Below the pieces are notes generated by a model, which ran no database searches, had not been told where the DNA came from, and worked only from the letters and a program-made list of their open reading frames with translations. A DNA stretch of 40,693 nucleotides from Candidatus Aminicenantes bacterium. Its GTDB lineage: Bacteria > Acidobacteriota > B3-B38 > Guanabaribacteriales > B3-B38. The stretch covers positions 1 to 40,693 of the forward strand of contig JAOUOQ010000001.1 of NCBI GenBank assembly GCA_029880275.1. The letters are read 5' to 3'. A program made the position numbers and the translations under genes. Numbering within the stretch: the stretch's first letter is position 1; each line of letters begins with the position of its first letter. This document shows positions 8,950 to 19,285 of this stretch, piece after piece.

Positions 8950-11208
8950 CTACATCATACTCATAGGGTCCACATCTATCTGGAGGTTTTTCGTGCTAAT
9001 CCTTTTGCTGCTCAGTGCTTCCAGACTCTGTTGGAGGCATCTCTTCATTCTTGTCCTGACCCTTCCTTTGAGGATGAGCTGGTAGCGATACTCCCCCTTT
9101 ATCCTGGCTAAAGGTGCCGGGGCGGGACCCATAATAATAAGGGAGCTGTCCCGATGCTCTCTGAGCTGCTGGGCGAGTAGCTCTGCTTTTTTCTTAACCC
9201 TCTCTCTGTCTCTTCCTTTGACCACGAGATTTATTATAGAGGTAAACGGCGGGTATTTCATCCACTTTCTAAACTTCAACTCCTGCTTATAGAAGGAATC
9301 GTAGTCTTGCTGACAGGCGAAGCTGATGCTGTAGTGGTCGGGGTAGTATGTCTGTATGATGACCTTCCCGGGGATATCCCCTCTCCCCGCCCTCCCAGCT
9401 ACCTGGGTGAGGAGCTGGAAGTTCCTCTCACTGCTGCGGAAATCTGGCAGGCAGAGGGCGGTATCGGAAGCTACCACTCCCACCAGGGTCACCTTCGGAT
9501 AGTCGTGACCTTTGGCAATCATCTGGGTGCCCACAAGAATCCTTATACTCTCCTCAGCCAAGGCGGTGAGTATCTTCTCATAGGATCCTTTGCGTCGGGT
9601 GGTATCCCTATCCATCCGGCAGATGGCTTCTTCGGGGAGCATCACTTTTAGAACCTCTTCGAATTTTTCGCTCCCCTCCCCCACCATATGGAGATATTCC
9701 CCCTGACACTGGGGACATTGAACAGGTGAAAGACGGCTGTAGCCGCAGTAATGGCACATCAGGCGCTTGGGTCTCTGATGGAAGGTCAGAGCCAGGCTGC
9801 AGTGGGGGCAAAGCGGGGTGTAAGCACAGGAACGACAAAGCAGAAATGATGCATACCCCCGGCGGTTGATTAATAGCATAACCTGTTCCTTCCTGGCTAA
9901 CCTCTCTTTGATAGCGTTCAGCAACTTTTCAGAAAGCAAAAACGTCCCTCCCTCCCGCTTTAATTCCTCCTTCATATCAACGATTTCCGCTTCCGCCAAC
10001 TGGCGGTTGCTGACCCGTGTAGGGAGCGAAAGGTAGAGGTATTTACCCTGCTGTGCCTTGTAATAGCTTTCCAGAGAAGGAGTGGCAGAGCCCAGCAGCA
10101 CCACCACTTCTTGCATCTTAGCCCTCACTATGGCTACATCTCTGCCGTTATACCGGGGAGACTCTTCCTGCTTATAAGAGGCATCGTGCTCCTCATCAAC
10201 TATTATAATGCCTATATTCTGTAAAGGGGCGAAGACAGCAGAGCGGGTGCCCATCACCACCTTAGCTTCTCCCCTCTTCACCCGCCACCACTCATCCAGC
10301 CGCTCCCCTCTCCCCAGCCCGGAGTGGAGCACCGCTACTGTATTGCCCAAACAGGAGCCAAAGCGCCGACTAAGCTGAGGAGTAAGCCCAATCTCCGGCA
10401 CCAGTATTAGGGCGCTCTTCCCCTCTGCTAAGACTTTCTTTACCGCCATGATATATATCTCTGTCTTTCCGCTGCCGGTAACACCGTGAAGCAGGATAGT
10501 GGAAAAGCTCCCCTTATCCATCTCCTGCACTATGCGGCTGTAAACCTCCTGCTGCAAGGGAGTCAGCTCAATGGGCTTTTCGGAGCCTGGCAGAGCTTCC
10601 TCAAAAGGCTCTTTCTCCGCTCTTCGGCGTGCTGGGGAAGCTCTCCCTGACAGCTTCTCCCTCAGGGTGATGAACCCCTCCTTGTGCAGCCAACTGAGGG
10701 AGGAGTAAAAGCTGGAGGAGGGAAACAACCTCTTGAGCCGCTTGACCGGCAGGGCTGGCTCACTCTGCAGATGCTTCAATACACGGAATCGGTGGGGGAG
10801 TTTTTCTTCCGAAGAGGCTAATTTTTCCGCCCAGCGCAGCCCCGCATCGGATATGGAGACCACCGTATGGGATTCAATATTAATCCCCGCCGGGAGGCAG
10901 GCTTTGATAAACTCTCCCCAGGAAGTGAGGTAATAGTCTGCCGCCCATTTTGTAAGGCGAAGCATAAACTCGGCGATGAGAGGCTCCTCATCCAGCAGCT
11001 CGCTCACCTTCTTTATTTTCTCCAGGGGAAACTGAGGCTGAGAAGTGAAATCAACCACATAGCCGGTGGTCAGCTTTCGCCCAAAGGGAACCAAAACCCT
11101 GCTTCCGCAGGCGACCTCATCCCGAAACTTTTGAGGGAGTTCATAGGTATAGGTAGGGGAAAGAGGAAGAGAAAGAGCAACCTCCACAAATCTTCTCCCC
11201 CCTTTCAT
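8950..11208 (-). CDS. priA: primosomal protein N' (replication restart helicase)
   Basis: Walker A GVTGSGKTEIY, DEEH box VDEEHD, and a Cys-rich zinc region CRSC..CPHC..CHYCG..CPQC. Confidence 0.95.
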   Translation of the reverse strand: MKGGRRFVEVALSLPLSPTYTYELPQKFRDEVACGSRVLVPFGRKLTTGYVVDFTSQPQFPLEKIKKVSELLDEEPLIAEFMLRLTKWAADYYLTSWGEFIKACLPAGINIESHTVVSISDAGLRWAEKLASSEEKLPHRFRVLKHLQSEPALPVKRLKRLFPSSSFYSSLSWLHKEGFITLREKLSGRASPARRRAEKEPFEEALPGSEKPIELTPLQQEVYSRIVQEMDKGSFSTILLHGVTGSGKTEIYIMAVKKVLAEGKSALILVPEIGLTPQLSRRFGSCLGNTVAVLHSGLGRGERLDEWWRVKRGEAKVVMGTRSAVFAPLQNIGIIIVDEEHDASYKQEESPRYNGRDVAIVRAKMQEVVVLLGSATPSLESYYKAQQGKYLYLSLPTRVSNRQLAEAEIVDMKEELKREGGTFLLSEKLLNAIKERLARKEQVMLLINRRGYASFLLCRSCAYTPLCPHCSLALTFHQRPKRLMCHYCGYSRLSPVQCPQCQGEYLHMVGEGSEKFEEVLKVMLPEEAICRMDRDTTRRKGSYEKILTALAEESIRILVGTQMIAKGHDYPKVTLVGVVASDTALCLPDFRSSERNFQLLTQVAGRAGRGDIPGKVIIQTYYPDHYSISFACQQDYDSFYKQELKFRKWMKYPPFTSIINLVVKGRDRERVKKKAELLAQQLREHRDSSLIIMGPAPAPLARIKGEYRYQLILKGRVRTRMKRCLQQSLEALSSKRISTKNLQIDVDPMSMM

Positions 11209-11894
11209 AACTGGCTCCCCTCTTCAAGATAGGCTTTTATCTTTTTCATATCCTCCCAGACATCCCTCTTTTTATAAGGGCTCCTCAAGAGGAAGGCTGG
11301 ATGGAAGGTTGCCATGAGCTTAATCTCCTGATAATCCCAAAACTTCCCCCGCAACTTGGAGATGGGGAGTTTGGTCTTCAAAAGCCTCTGAGCGGAAAAG
11401 GTGCCCAGAGCGCAGATAATCTCGGGTCTTATTATGGCAATCTGCTGATGCAAATAATACTGGCAACTTTCCATCTCCTCCGGTTTGGGGTCCCGATTTT
11501 CTGGAGGACGACATTTCACGATGTTGCCTATATAGACCTCCTCCCGACTCAGGCCGATAGCTTTGATAATATCGGTCAGCAATTTACCTGCCTGACCCAC
11601 AAAGGGGCGTCCCTGCACATCTTCCCAATAGCCCGGGGCTTCGCCGATGAACATCAGCCGGGCGTTGACATCGCCTTCGCCGAAGACAGTGGTTTTCCTG
11701 GTAAGGTAGAGTGGGCACTTCTGGCATCGCGCCACCTCCTGCTGGAGCTTATGGAGAAGCTCTCCCTTATGGCTGACAGGGGCTGTCCGCTCTCTCTTTC
11801 GAGGGATATTCAAATCCTCCACACCGAGGCTCTGAAAATACTGGAGCTGGCGTGTGACTTTCTCTATGAGGTCGGATAAATTATCGACTGGCAT
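11205..11894 (-). CDS. uracil-DNA glycosylase, family 4
   Basis: GEAPGYWEDVQGRPFVGQAG and HPAFLLR motifs, plus a CQKCPL Fe-S type Cys motif. Its stop overlaps the priA start (ATGA). Confidence 0.9.
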   Translation of the reverse strand: MPVDNLSDLIEKVTRQLQYFQSLGVEDLNIPRKRERTAPVSHKGELLHKLQQEVARCQKCPLYLTRKTTVFGEGDVNARLMFIGEAPGYWEDVQGRPFVGQAGKLLTDIIKAIGLSREEVYIGNIVKCRPPENRDPKPEEMESCQYYLHQQIAIIRPEIICALGTFSAQRLLKTKLPISKLRGKFWDYQEIKLMATFHPAFLLRSPYKKRDVWEDMKKIKAYLEEGSQL

Positions 11895-13071
11895 CAGCTA
11901 ACATTTCTTCTATTTTATCCAGTATACGCTCCGCTACCTCCCTTTTGGGGAGCTGGGGCAGAGGGGTTTCTTTCCCATCGGCGGTGATAATGGTCACCGT
12001 ATTAGTGTCCGTACCAAAGCCGCTTCCTGGCAGGGATATATCGTTGGCAATGATGAGGTCAAGCTTCTTCTCCTTGAGCTTATTAAGGGCATAGGGGACT
12101 ACCCCTTCGCTCTCAGCGGCAAACCCCACCAACAACCTCTTCCCCTTCTGTTGACCTATCTCTGCCAGGATATCCGCGGTCAGCTCCAGCTCTAAAGCCT
12201 GCAAGGGGACATCCTTTTTAATCTTCTGCGGACTGGCAAAGCGGGGGCGAAAATCGCTTACCGCCGCCGCTTTGATGACCACCTTGCTTCCCTCTAACTG
12301 CTCGAGAACCTTCTCCCGCATCTGGCTGGCGCTCCTCACCCTGATCATCTTCACCCCGATGGGTGGCGGTAAGGCGGTGGGGCCACTGATGAGAGTCACC
12401 TCAGCGCCTCGGGCTGCCGCAGATTCCGCCAGGGCAAAACCCATCTTCCCGGTGGAGCGGTTGGTTATGAATCGCACAGGGTCGATATCCTCATAGGTGG
12501 GACCCGCTGTTATCAGAAAGCTGACCCCGCCCAGAGTCTTTTTCCTCAAAGCCTGAAGGGAGAGCTGAACGATCTTTTTGACCTCTGCCAATCTTCCCAC
12601 ACCTTCTTCTCCCCCGGCCAGATAGCCCACCTCCGGCTCGACCAACTTCACTCCCAACTGGCGCAGTCTCTCCAGATTCTCTTTGACCTGTGGATGAAGA
12701 AACATACGGTGGTGCATCGCCGGGGCGACCACCACTGGGCAAGAGACTGACAGAAAGAGGGTGGTAAGGATGTCATCGGCAATACCATTGGCAAACTTCC
12801 CTATGATATTGGCGGTAGCCGGGGCAACAAGGAGGAGGTCCATCTCTTTAGCCAGAGAGATATGACGGGCTTCCCACTCCTCTGCGGGTGTGAACATACG
12901 ATAATAGACTTCATTCTGGGAGATTGTCTGAAATGTCAGAGGGGTGACAAAGCGGCAGGCATTTCTGGTCATCACCACCACCACTTGCACGCCATGCCTC
13001 TGGAATTCCCGCACTATCTCCACCGCCTTGTATGCGGCGATGCCGCCGCTGACCCCTAACGCGATTTTCAT
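11881..13071 (-). CDS. coaBC: bifunctional phosphopantothenoylcysteine decarboxylase / phosphopantothenate-cysteine ligase
   Basis: N-terminal flavoprotein domain GVSGGIAAYK. CoaB domain ITAGPTYEDIDPVRFITNRSTGKMG...AAAVSDF. Confidence 0.95.
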   Translation of the reverse strand: MKIALGVSGGIAAYKAVEIVREFQRHGVQVVVVMTRNACRFVTPLTFQTISQNEVYYRMFTPAEEWEARHISLAKEMDLLLVAPATANIIGKFANGIADDILTTLFLSVSCPVVVAPAMHHRMFLHPQVKENLERLRQLGVKLVEPEVGYLAGGEEGVGRLAEVKKIVQLSLQALRKKTLGGVSFLITAGPTYEDIDPVRFITNRSTGKMGFALAESAAARGAEVTLISGPTALPPPIGVKMIRVRSASQMREKVLEQLEGSKVVIKAAAVSDFRPRFASPQKIKKDVPLQALELELTADILAEIGQQKGKRLLVGFAAESEGVVPYALNKLKEKKLDLIIANDISLPGSGFGTDTNTVTIITADGKETPLPQLPKREVAERILDKIEEMLADASR

Positions 13072-13123
13072 CCCTTTTCCCCTTACGAAAATGTATGAAC
13101 AAGGAGCTACCCTTAAAGGAGGC

Positions 13124-13330
13124 TTACTCAGGGGGTTGCTCTCCTTCTTTGTCGTTCAGCACTGCGAATTTTATCAGCCCCCTTCTGACTTCTTCTTTGG
13201 CAATGGTGGTCCATTTCCTGGCTGTAATGTCTGCTTTGGGCTTCGCCCCGTCGATTAGTTGCTTGCATCGTAGCGCTGAAACCATTATTAATTGGAATTT
13301 ATTTCCTGGCTTATTGGTAATTGCTGCCAT
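13124..13330 (-). CDS. rpoZ: DNA-directed RNA polymerase omega subunit
   Basis: NKFQLIMVSALRCKQLIDGAKP is a typical omega core. Start moved to ATG 13328-13330, which is directly preceded by AGGAGGAGAA. The ORF track starts at 13363. Confidence 0.8.
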   Translation of the reverse strand: MAAITNKPGNKFQLIMVSALRCKQLIDGAKPKADITARKWTTIAKEEVRRGLIKFAVLNDKEGEQPPE

Positions 13331-13423
13331 TTCTCCTCCTGAGCTAAACATTTGCATCCGCATTCTCCAATAGTGTTAAAAGATTAGCTCATCACATGCA
13401 AATATAAATGAACAATTACAAGC

Positions 13424-14065
13424 CTACCGCTGCCTCGGACGGAAATCGTCGATGAGCCGTTGCACCACATCTTTCATTACCTCCTGCCGGCTGTGCTCGG
13501 CAACAATGATGGATTTGAGCTTCTCCACAGCCTCGGTCAGGGTCTCATTTATTACAATATAATCGTAATGAGACCAGTAGTCAATCTCCCTCTCGGCCAC
13601 CTTTAATCTCCTCTGAATCTCCTCTGCTGTATCAGTGCCCCTCTCCTCAAGCCTTTGTTTAAGGGCATCCCGTGAGGGCGGCAGTACAAATATGGAGACC
13701 ACGCGAGGAAGCTTCTCCATTATCTGAATAGCGCCCTGAACATCTATCAGCAAAAGGACATCCTTCCCTTGCTGAAGATGCTGAGTTAGCCTTTTACGGG
13801 AGGTGCCATAGTAATGGCCGAAGACCTCGGCCCATTCTATAAGCTCCCCTTTCATCCTTTTTTTCTCAAACTCCTCTCTGGTCAAAAAGAAATAGTCCAC
13901 CCCTTCTTGCTCTCCCGGACGAGGCTTTCTGGTAGTGTAGGAGATTGAGAGCTGGAGGTCGGGGAGGGAATTAAGCAACTCCTTCCCCAGCGTAGTCTTG
14001 CCAGAACCTGAAGGAGCTGAGATTATAAAAACCTGACCCTTTTTTGCTCGATGGATGGGATACAT
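13424..14065 (-). CDS. gmk: guanylate kinase
   Basis: P-loop SAPSGSGKTTL, TTRKPRPGEQEGVDYFF, and WAEVFGHYYGT. Confidence 0.95.
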   Translation of the reverse strand: MYPIHRAKKGQVFIISAPSGSGKTTLGKELLNSLPDLQLSISYTTRKPRPGEQEGVDYFFLTREEFEKKRMKGELIEWAEVFGHYYGTSRKRLTQHLQQGKDVLLLIDVQGAIQIMEKLPRVVSIFVLPPSRDALKQRLEERGTDTAEEIQRRLKVAEREIDYWSHYDYIVINETLTEAVEKLKSIIVAEHSRQEVMKDVVQRLIDDFRPRQR

Positions 14066-14088
14066 TTGCTTAGCTGTTCATACTAGTG

Positions 14089-14325
14089 TTAATCCTTAAT
14101 CCGGGAAACTACGGTAGACGGCCGTATGGATGAAAGGACAATATGGTTACTATCGGTGACGATAACCGAGCGGGTCTGCCTGCCGGCGGTAGCATCTATC
14201 AGCTTGTTCAGCCTCTTCGCCTCTTCCCGCAGCCTCTTTATGGGAAGCGAGTGGGAGGCGATCACTGCTACCACCCGCTCAGAAACTATTGAGTTGCCAA
14301 AACCTATGTTGATAATTTTACTCAT
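14089..14325 (-). CDS. remA: DUF370 / RemA-family regulator
   Basis: 78 aa. INIGFGNSIVSERVVAVI...SLPIKRLREEAK is typical of the family. Sits in the conserved position between yicC and gmk. Confidence 0.85.
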   Translation of the reverse strand: MSKIINIGFGNSIVSERVVAVIASHSLPIKRLREEAKRLNKLIDATAGRQTRSVIVTDSNHIVLSSIRPSTVVSRIKD

Positions 14326-14375
14326 TTTATCGGTCCTCTAAATAAAACTCCATTATTAAAGAGAAAAAGTAATAT

Positions 14376-15257
14376 CTATTCGATATTTTGCACTTGCTCT
14401 CTAAGCTTCTCTATCTCTGATTTTATGGTCAGGACAGCGGGCATCAGCCCCGGAGCTCTCATTTTAGAAGCTATCGCATTAAGCTCACGAAAGAGCTCCT
14501 GACTGATAAAATCGAGCTTCTTCCCGCAGGGTTCGTCTCCTGACAATAGCCGTTCGCCCTGCTCCAGGTGGCTCTTAATCCTCACTATCTCTTCGGTTAT
14601 GTCTTCCTTCTCTGTATAATATACAACCTCTTGAAGCAATCTTTCTTCATTTAATTTTAGCTGGCTATTATATTCTTTTGCCCTTTCTTTCAGCCGATGA
14701 TAATAATACTTCTTGAGCCTTGGTATCTCTTTTTCTATTGGCTGAAGCAATCCTTTTATTAACTGCAGTCTGTTCTGCAGCTCCCTGGCCAGCGCCTCCC
14801 CCTCGTCCGCCCTGGCCTTTTCCAGCGAGCTTATCGCTTTTCCTAAGGCTTCCATAACAAGGCTCTCTACCTCGGACTCACTCTTCTGGGGAAGGGGCTT
14901 TAACCGAATCAAATGGGGGAGAGTCCAGATGGCATTAATATTTATTTCGCCCCCGAGGTTGAATTCCTCTTTGATCTTTCTAAGCTCTTGAAGATAGTCA
15001 GACATCAAGGGAAAGTTAGTCTGGAGTTCATACTCTAATTCACCCTTATGCTCCAGATGCACCAACACATCAAACTTTCCGCGATAGAATCTTTGCTTTA
15101 CCTCCTTGCGCAGTTTATTCTCCAGGGACATGAGCTCTTCGGGCATTCGCACAGTGACCTCACTGAAGCGGTGATTCAGAGAGCGAATCTCCACTTTTGC
15201 CCTGAGGCCTTCAGCTTCCGCCTCCCCATGCCCATAGCCTGTCATGCTCATTATCAT
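14376..15257 (-). CDS. yicC: YicC-family stress-induced protein
   Basis: N-terminal SMTGYGHGE and the C-terminal DUF1732-like motif ELFRELNAIASKM. Its ATG overlaps the upstream stop (ATGA). Confidence 0.9.
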   Translation of the reverse strand: MIMSMTGYGHGEAEAEGLRAKVEIRSLNHRFSEVTVRMPEELMSLENKLRKEVKQRFYRGKFDVLVHLEHKGELEYELQTNFPLMSDYLQELRKIKEEFNLGGEININAIWTLPHLIRLKPLPQKSESEVESLVMEALGKAISSLEKARADEGEALARELQNRLQLIKGLLQPIEKEIPRLKKYYYHRLKERAKEYNSQLKLNEERLLQEVVYYTEKEDITEEIVRIKSHLEQGERLLSGDEPCGKKLDFISQELFRELNAIASKMRAPGLMPAVLTIKSEIEKLREQVQNIE

Positions 15258-15910
15258 CGATACAATCCATCCACCCTGGCAGTAATCTCGTTCAAAGAAG
15301 CCTCAATCTCCTGGCGCTTCTGCTCCATCTGGAGGGGGGCAGCATCCTTAGAAACCCAGATGGCTTTGCCATAAATAAAGGTTCCTTGAGAGAAAGGGAA
15401 GGGGATCATCATTGTGTCCCAGCTGGACAGGAACTTCTTCCTGGAAGCACTGAAGGAGACCGGCACAACGGGGAGACTACTCAGCCTGGCGATTTGCACC
15501 ACCCCTGGTTTAACCCTTTGCCTGGGACCGCGGGGACCATCCGGGGTCATCGCTATATCAGACCCACGGCAGGTTTCTTCCAAAACCTGCTTCAGAGCGG
15601 ATACCCCCCCACGACTGCTGGAACCCCGAATTGAATGGAAACCAAACCTTCTCATCGCCCGGCTGATATATTCCCCATCTCTGTGGTGACTTATAAGAAT
15701 ATTAATTTGAGAGCCAAAATAACTATAAGGCATCATTAACAGCCTCCCGTGCCAGAAGGCTATGATGTAGTTTTTCCCTTCCCGGGTCAGTTTTTCCACC
15801 TCTGAGCGGTTGATATAATCTATGCTCATGGTAAGACGCAGAAATCTTATCAGAAGGCTCCCCAAAAAGGGTATCAGGATGAGCTTGAGCTTCTCCAGGA
15901 TGTTCTTCAC
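15254..15910 (-). CDS. DUF374 lysophospholipid acyltransferase-family protein
   Basis: AFWHGRLLMMPY, SHHRDGEYISR and MTPDGPRGPRQ motifs. The GTG start shares one base with the msbA stop. Confidence 0.78.
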   Translation of the reverse strand: MKNILEKLKLILIPFLGSLLIRFLRLTMSIDYINRSEVEKLTREGKNYIIAFWHGRLLMMPYSYFGSQINILISHHRDGEYISRAMRRFGFHSIRGSSSRGGVSALKQVLEETCRGSDIAMTPDGPRGPRQRVKPGVVQIARLSSLPVVPVSFSASRKKFLSSWDTMMIPFPFSQGTFIYGKAIWVSKDAAPLQMEQKRQEIEASLNEITARVDGLYR

Positions 15911-17757
15911 TATATATCCTCCACAATTTTCTGCTCCTCCTCTTTGAACTGCAGGTTATAGAGCCTGGTATATACCCCATTTAAGCGGTGGAGGCTATAA
16001 TGGTCCCCTTCTTCCACTATCCTCCCTTTGTCCAATACAATTATTCTTTCCGCATTTCGTACGGTTGATAAGCGATGGGCAATTATCATGGTGGTTCGGT
16101 CCTTCATGAGATTTGCCAGGGCTTTCTGGACCAGAATCTCCGATTCGGAATCCAGGGCAGAGGTAGCTTCGTCGAGTATTAAGATGGGGGAATCCTTGAG
16201 CAGAGCGCGGGCGATGGCGATTCGCTGCCTCTCGCCACCGGAAAGCTTAGCCCCCTTCTCCCCGATAACTGCATCATACCCCTGGGGGAGCTTCTCAATA
16301 AATTCGTGGGCAAAAGCCGCGCTGGCAACAGCCTCCACTTCCTTCGGGGTAGTTATGATGTTTCCATAAGCGATGTTGTTGCGAGCGGTGTCGTTAAAGA
16401 GGATGGTCTCCTGGGTGACAATTCCAATCTGTGCTCTGAGGGAGCGCAGGCTGTATCTCCGAATGTCGATGCCATTGATGAAAATAGCGCCCGAGGTCAC
16501 CTCATAAAAGCGAGGGATCAAATTTACCAGGGTCGACTTCCCCGCTCCGCTTGCTCCCACGATAGCTAACACTTCTCCCTGATTAACCCGAAAGCTTACT
16601 CTGTTCAGAACACGCTCATCTTTGTATTGGAAGGAGACATCCCTGAACTCTATCTCTTTTATAGGTGGGGTGAGCTCAAGAGGATGGGAATCCTCCTTGA
16701 TATCACTATCCCTATCAAGTACCTGGAAAGCCCTCTGAGAAGCGGCAATTGCCTGCTGGAAGGAGTTGCTCACCCGGCTCAGTTTCTTGATAGGATCATA
16801 CATTCCATAGATAGCCGCCAGAAAAGTGCAAAAGACACCCGTAGACATTAACCCCCGGGAGATCTGCCTCCCCCCGTACCATATCATCAAAGCGGCAGCT
16901 ACTGCCCCGATAATCTCCATCAGGGGTGGGGTGAGAGAGACAAATCTCACCGCTCTTAAATTGACTTTGAGCAGCCTCTTGGTGGCTTTGATGAACTTCT
17001 TGATCTCAAACTTTTCCATCCCAAAGGCTTTCACTATGCGGCTGCCAGTTATAGTTTCAAATAATAGCGTAGAAAGCTCCGCCATCCTTTCCTGACTGGA
17101 ATGGCTGATGGAGCGGAGCTTATATCCCAGCTTAATTATCGGATATATCACCAAGGGGGCTACAAAGATGGAGATAGTGGCCAACCTCCAGTCCAGATAA
17201 AATATATAAGCCATCAATCCCAGCAGGATGAAGGAGCCTCTCAATAAATCTCCCATCTTCTCGGATACCGCCTCTTGCATGCGCTCCATATCGCTGATTA
17301 CCCTCGACATCAGCAAGCCGGTGGGATACTCGGAAAAGAAATTCAACGACTGATACTGTATCTTCTGGTAGAGCTGATTCCGTAAGTCCATGACCACACT
17401 CTGCCCCACAAAGCTAATAAAATAGTTCGCACTGTAAGAAAAAACTCCTTTGATCAGGAAGAGGAGGATAACGATTATGGGCACCTGATAGAATATAGTC
17501 TGGTGGTTGATGTTGATTATCCGGTCAATATGAAGGTAGCGATTGAGTAAAGATAAGACATTCTGCTTCTGTGCATAGGCCTCTTCTCCTCTCATCTCAA
17601 CAGCCGAGGAAGGAGTTAAGATATCGTCGAAAATCGGAATGACCAAGGAGGTAAAGGCGACCACACACATGGAGACCACCATCATGCTTAACAGAGAGAA
17701 GAAGAACCTTCCTTTATAGGGAGTTACAAATCTTATTAGTCGTAAAAATTCCTTCAT
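15910..17757 (-). CDS. msbA: lipid A export ABC transporter, fused permease/ATPase (MsbA-like)
   Basis: Six-TM exporter domain plus NBD with GASGAGKST, LSGGERQRIAIARAL and ILILDEATSALD. Lies directly downstream of lpxB. Confidence 0.88.
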   Translation of the reverse strand: MKEFLRLIRFVTPYKGRFFFSLLSMMVVSMCVVAFTSLVIPIFDDILTPSSAVEMRGEEAYAQKQNVLSLLNRYLHIDRIININHQTIFYQVPIIVILLFLIKGVFSYSANYFISFVGQSVVMDLRNQLYQKIQYQSLNFFSEYPTGLLMSRVISDMERMQEAVSEKMGDLLRGSFILLGLMAYIFYLDWRLATISIFVAPLVIYPIIKLGYKLRSISHSSQERMAELSTLLFETITGSRIVKAFGMEKFEIKKFIKATKRLLKVNLRAVRFVSLTPPLMEIIGAVAAALMIWYGGRQISRGLMSTGVFCTFLAAIYGMYDPIKKLSRVSNSFQQAIAASQRAFQVLDRDSDIKEDSHPLELTPPIKEIEFRDVSFQYKDERVLNRVSFRVNQGEVLAIVGASGAGKSTLVNLIPRFYEVTSGAIFINGIDIRRYSLRSLRAQIGIVTQETILFNDTARNNIAYGNIITTPKEVEAVASAAFAHEFIEKLPQGYDAVIGEKGAKLSGGERQRIAIARALLKDSPILILDEATSALDSESEILVQKALANLMKDRTTMIIAHRLSTVRNAERIIVLDKGRIVEEGDHYSLHRLNGVYTRLYNLQFKEEEQKIVEDI

Positions 17758-17767
17758 AGCATATGTC

Positions 17768-18895
17768 TCATATGAACTGCAGCACCGCCCTGGCTGCCCG
17801 ATCAGAAGCTCCCTGGGTGCCGAGCTTTTCCTTTACCCTCAGAAGCTCTTTCTTTACCCCCTCTTTGACCGTCGGATTAAGGAGGAGCCGTAAAACTTCA
17901 TTGGCAATATTTTTGGCTGTTACCTTAAATTGCAAAAGCTCTGTCACTACTTCCCTCCCCGCCAGGATGTTCACCAGAGATATGTATCTGACCTTCACCA
18001 GAAGCTTTGCCAATAGATAACCCGGGAAAGTTAGTTTGTACACCACCACCATAGGAGTCCCCAGTATCGCTGCTTCCAGGGTAGCTGTTCCCGAGGTAAC
18101 TACCATGAGGTCGGAATTCTTAATCAAATTGTAAGTGTCCTTTTCCACCAGGGTAATCTGGGGTAGATAGGGCCTAGCAATCCTTTCCACCAGCCTGCGG
18201 TGCACCCGCTCAGCCAGCGAGATGACAAAATTAAGCTTACGAGCCCTCTGGAGAAGAGGGATGCTCTGCAGCATTGGGGGCAGCAGATACTTTATCTCGC
18301 GCTGACGACTCCCGGGGAGCAGACTCACGATCTCTGCCTCTTTGTCCAGATTGTATTTTTGGCAGAAGCTGCTCCGGTCGAGCTCTGCCTCCACCTCTTC
18401 CAGCAGGGGATGCCCCACAAACTCAGCCTTCAACCCTTGTTGGCGATAGAGAGCTTCTTCAAAGGGAAGTATAACCAACATCTTATCGACCAGCCGGGCT
18501 ATCTTCTTTATCCTGCTGGGATACCATGCCCATACCTGTGGACTTATGTAGTAGATGATCGGTATACGCAGATGCCTAACCTTTTTGGCAAAATGGAGGT
18601 TGAAGTAGGGATAATCTATGAGAACAATAGCCGAGAGGGAATGAGTTTCGACAAATGAGATGAGCCCTTTTAATAGCCTCCTATGATACCCCAGGCTATG
18701 GAGAGCCTCCCACACACCCACCACCTCCAGATGGTCCACATCATAAAGCAACTCCACCCCCGCCTGCCGCATCCGTTCACCACCCACCCCAAAGAAGCGG
18801 GTATTGGGGGACAACTTCCTGATGGCTTTAACCAGCTCTGCCCCGTGTAGCTCACCTGATGCCTCCCCGGAGATAATCAAGATGCTACCATTCAA
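17768..18895 (-). CDS. lpxB: lipid-A-disaccharide synthase
   Basis: ISGEASGELHGAELV at the N-terminus and SGTATLEAAILGTPMVVVYK near the C-terminus. Confidence 0.93.
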   Translation of the reverse strand: MNGSILIISGEASGELHGAELVKAIRKLSPNTRFFGVGGERMRQAGVELLYDVDHLEVVGVWEALHSLGYHRRLLKGLISFVETHSLSAIVLIDYPYFNLHFAKKVRHLRIPIIYYISPQVWAWYPSRIKKIARLVDKMLVILPFEEALYRQQGLKAEFVGHPLLEEVEAELDRSSFCQKYNLDKEAEIVSLLPGSRQREIKYLLPPMLQSIPLLQRARKLNFVISLAERVHRRLVERIARPYLPQITLVEKDTYNLIKNSDLMVVTSGTATLEAAILGTPMVVVYKLTFPGYLLAKLLVKVRYISLVNILAGREVVTELLQFKVTAKNIANEVLRLLLNPTVKEGVKKELLRVKEKLGTQGASDRAARAVLQFI

Positions 18896-19285
18896 AATGG
18901 TGCCCCCATTTCCTCAACTTAAACTAAAATTTTACCCTATAAATTAAGTAAAGTCAAGGGAATTAACTTAAGCTATCTGGAAAGATAATAACTCTAAATA
19001 AAAGAAAATCAAGGAGAAAACTCTCTTACCCTTCCTTCAGCATTTCCTTACCAGCTCCCTATCTAATGGGGAGCTTCTTCCCATTAATTCTTCCATCTTT
19101 ATATAAGGAAATATTTGCCTCATAAGCCCATACCTTTCATAATAATGTTAAAAACAAAGTCAAATTTAAAAAAATTGACTTAAAAACATTTTTATTATAG
19201 AGTGAAAGTTGTTTTTTGCAATGCTGTAAAGGGATTATTGATATTTTACCCCAAGGAAAACTTCCATCACCGAAGATAGGTTAAA

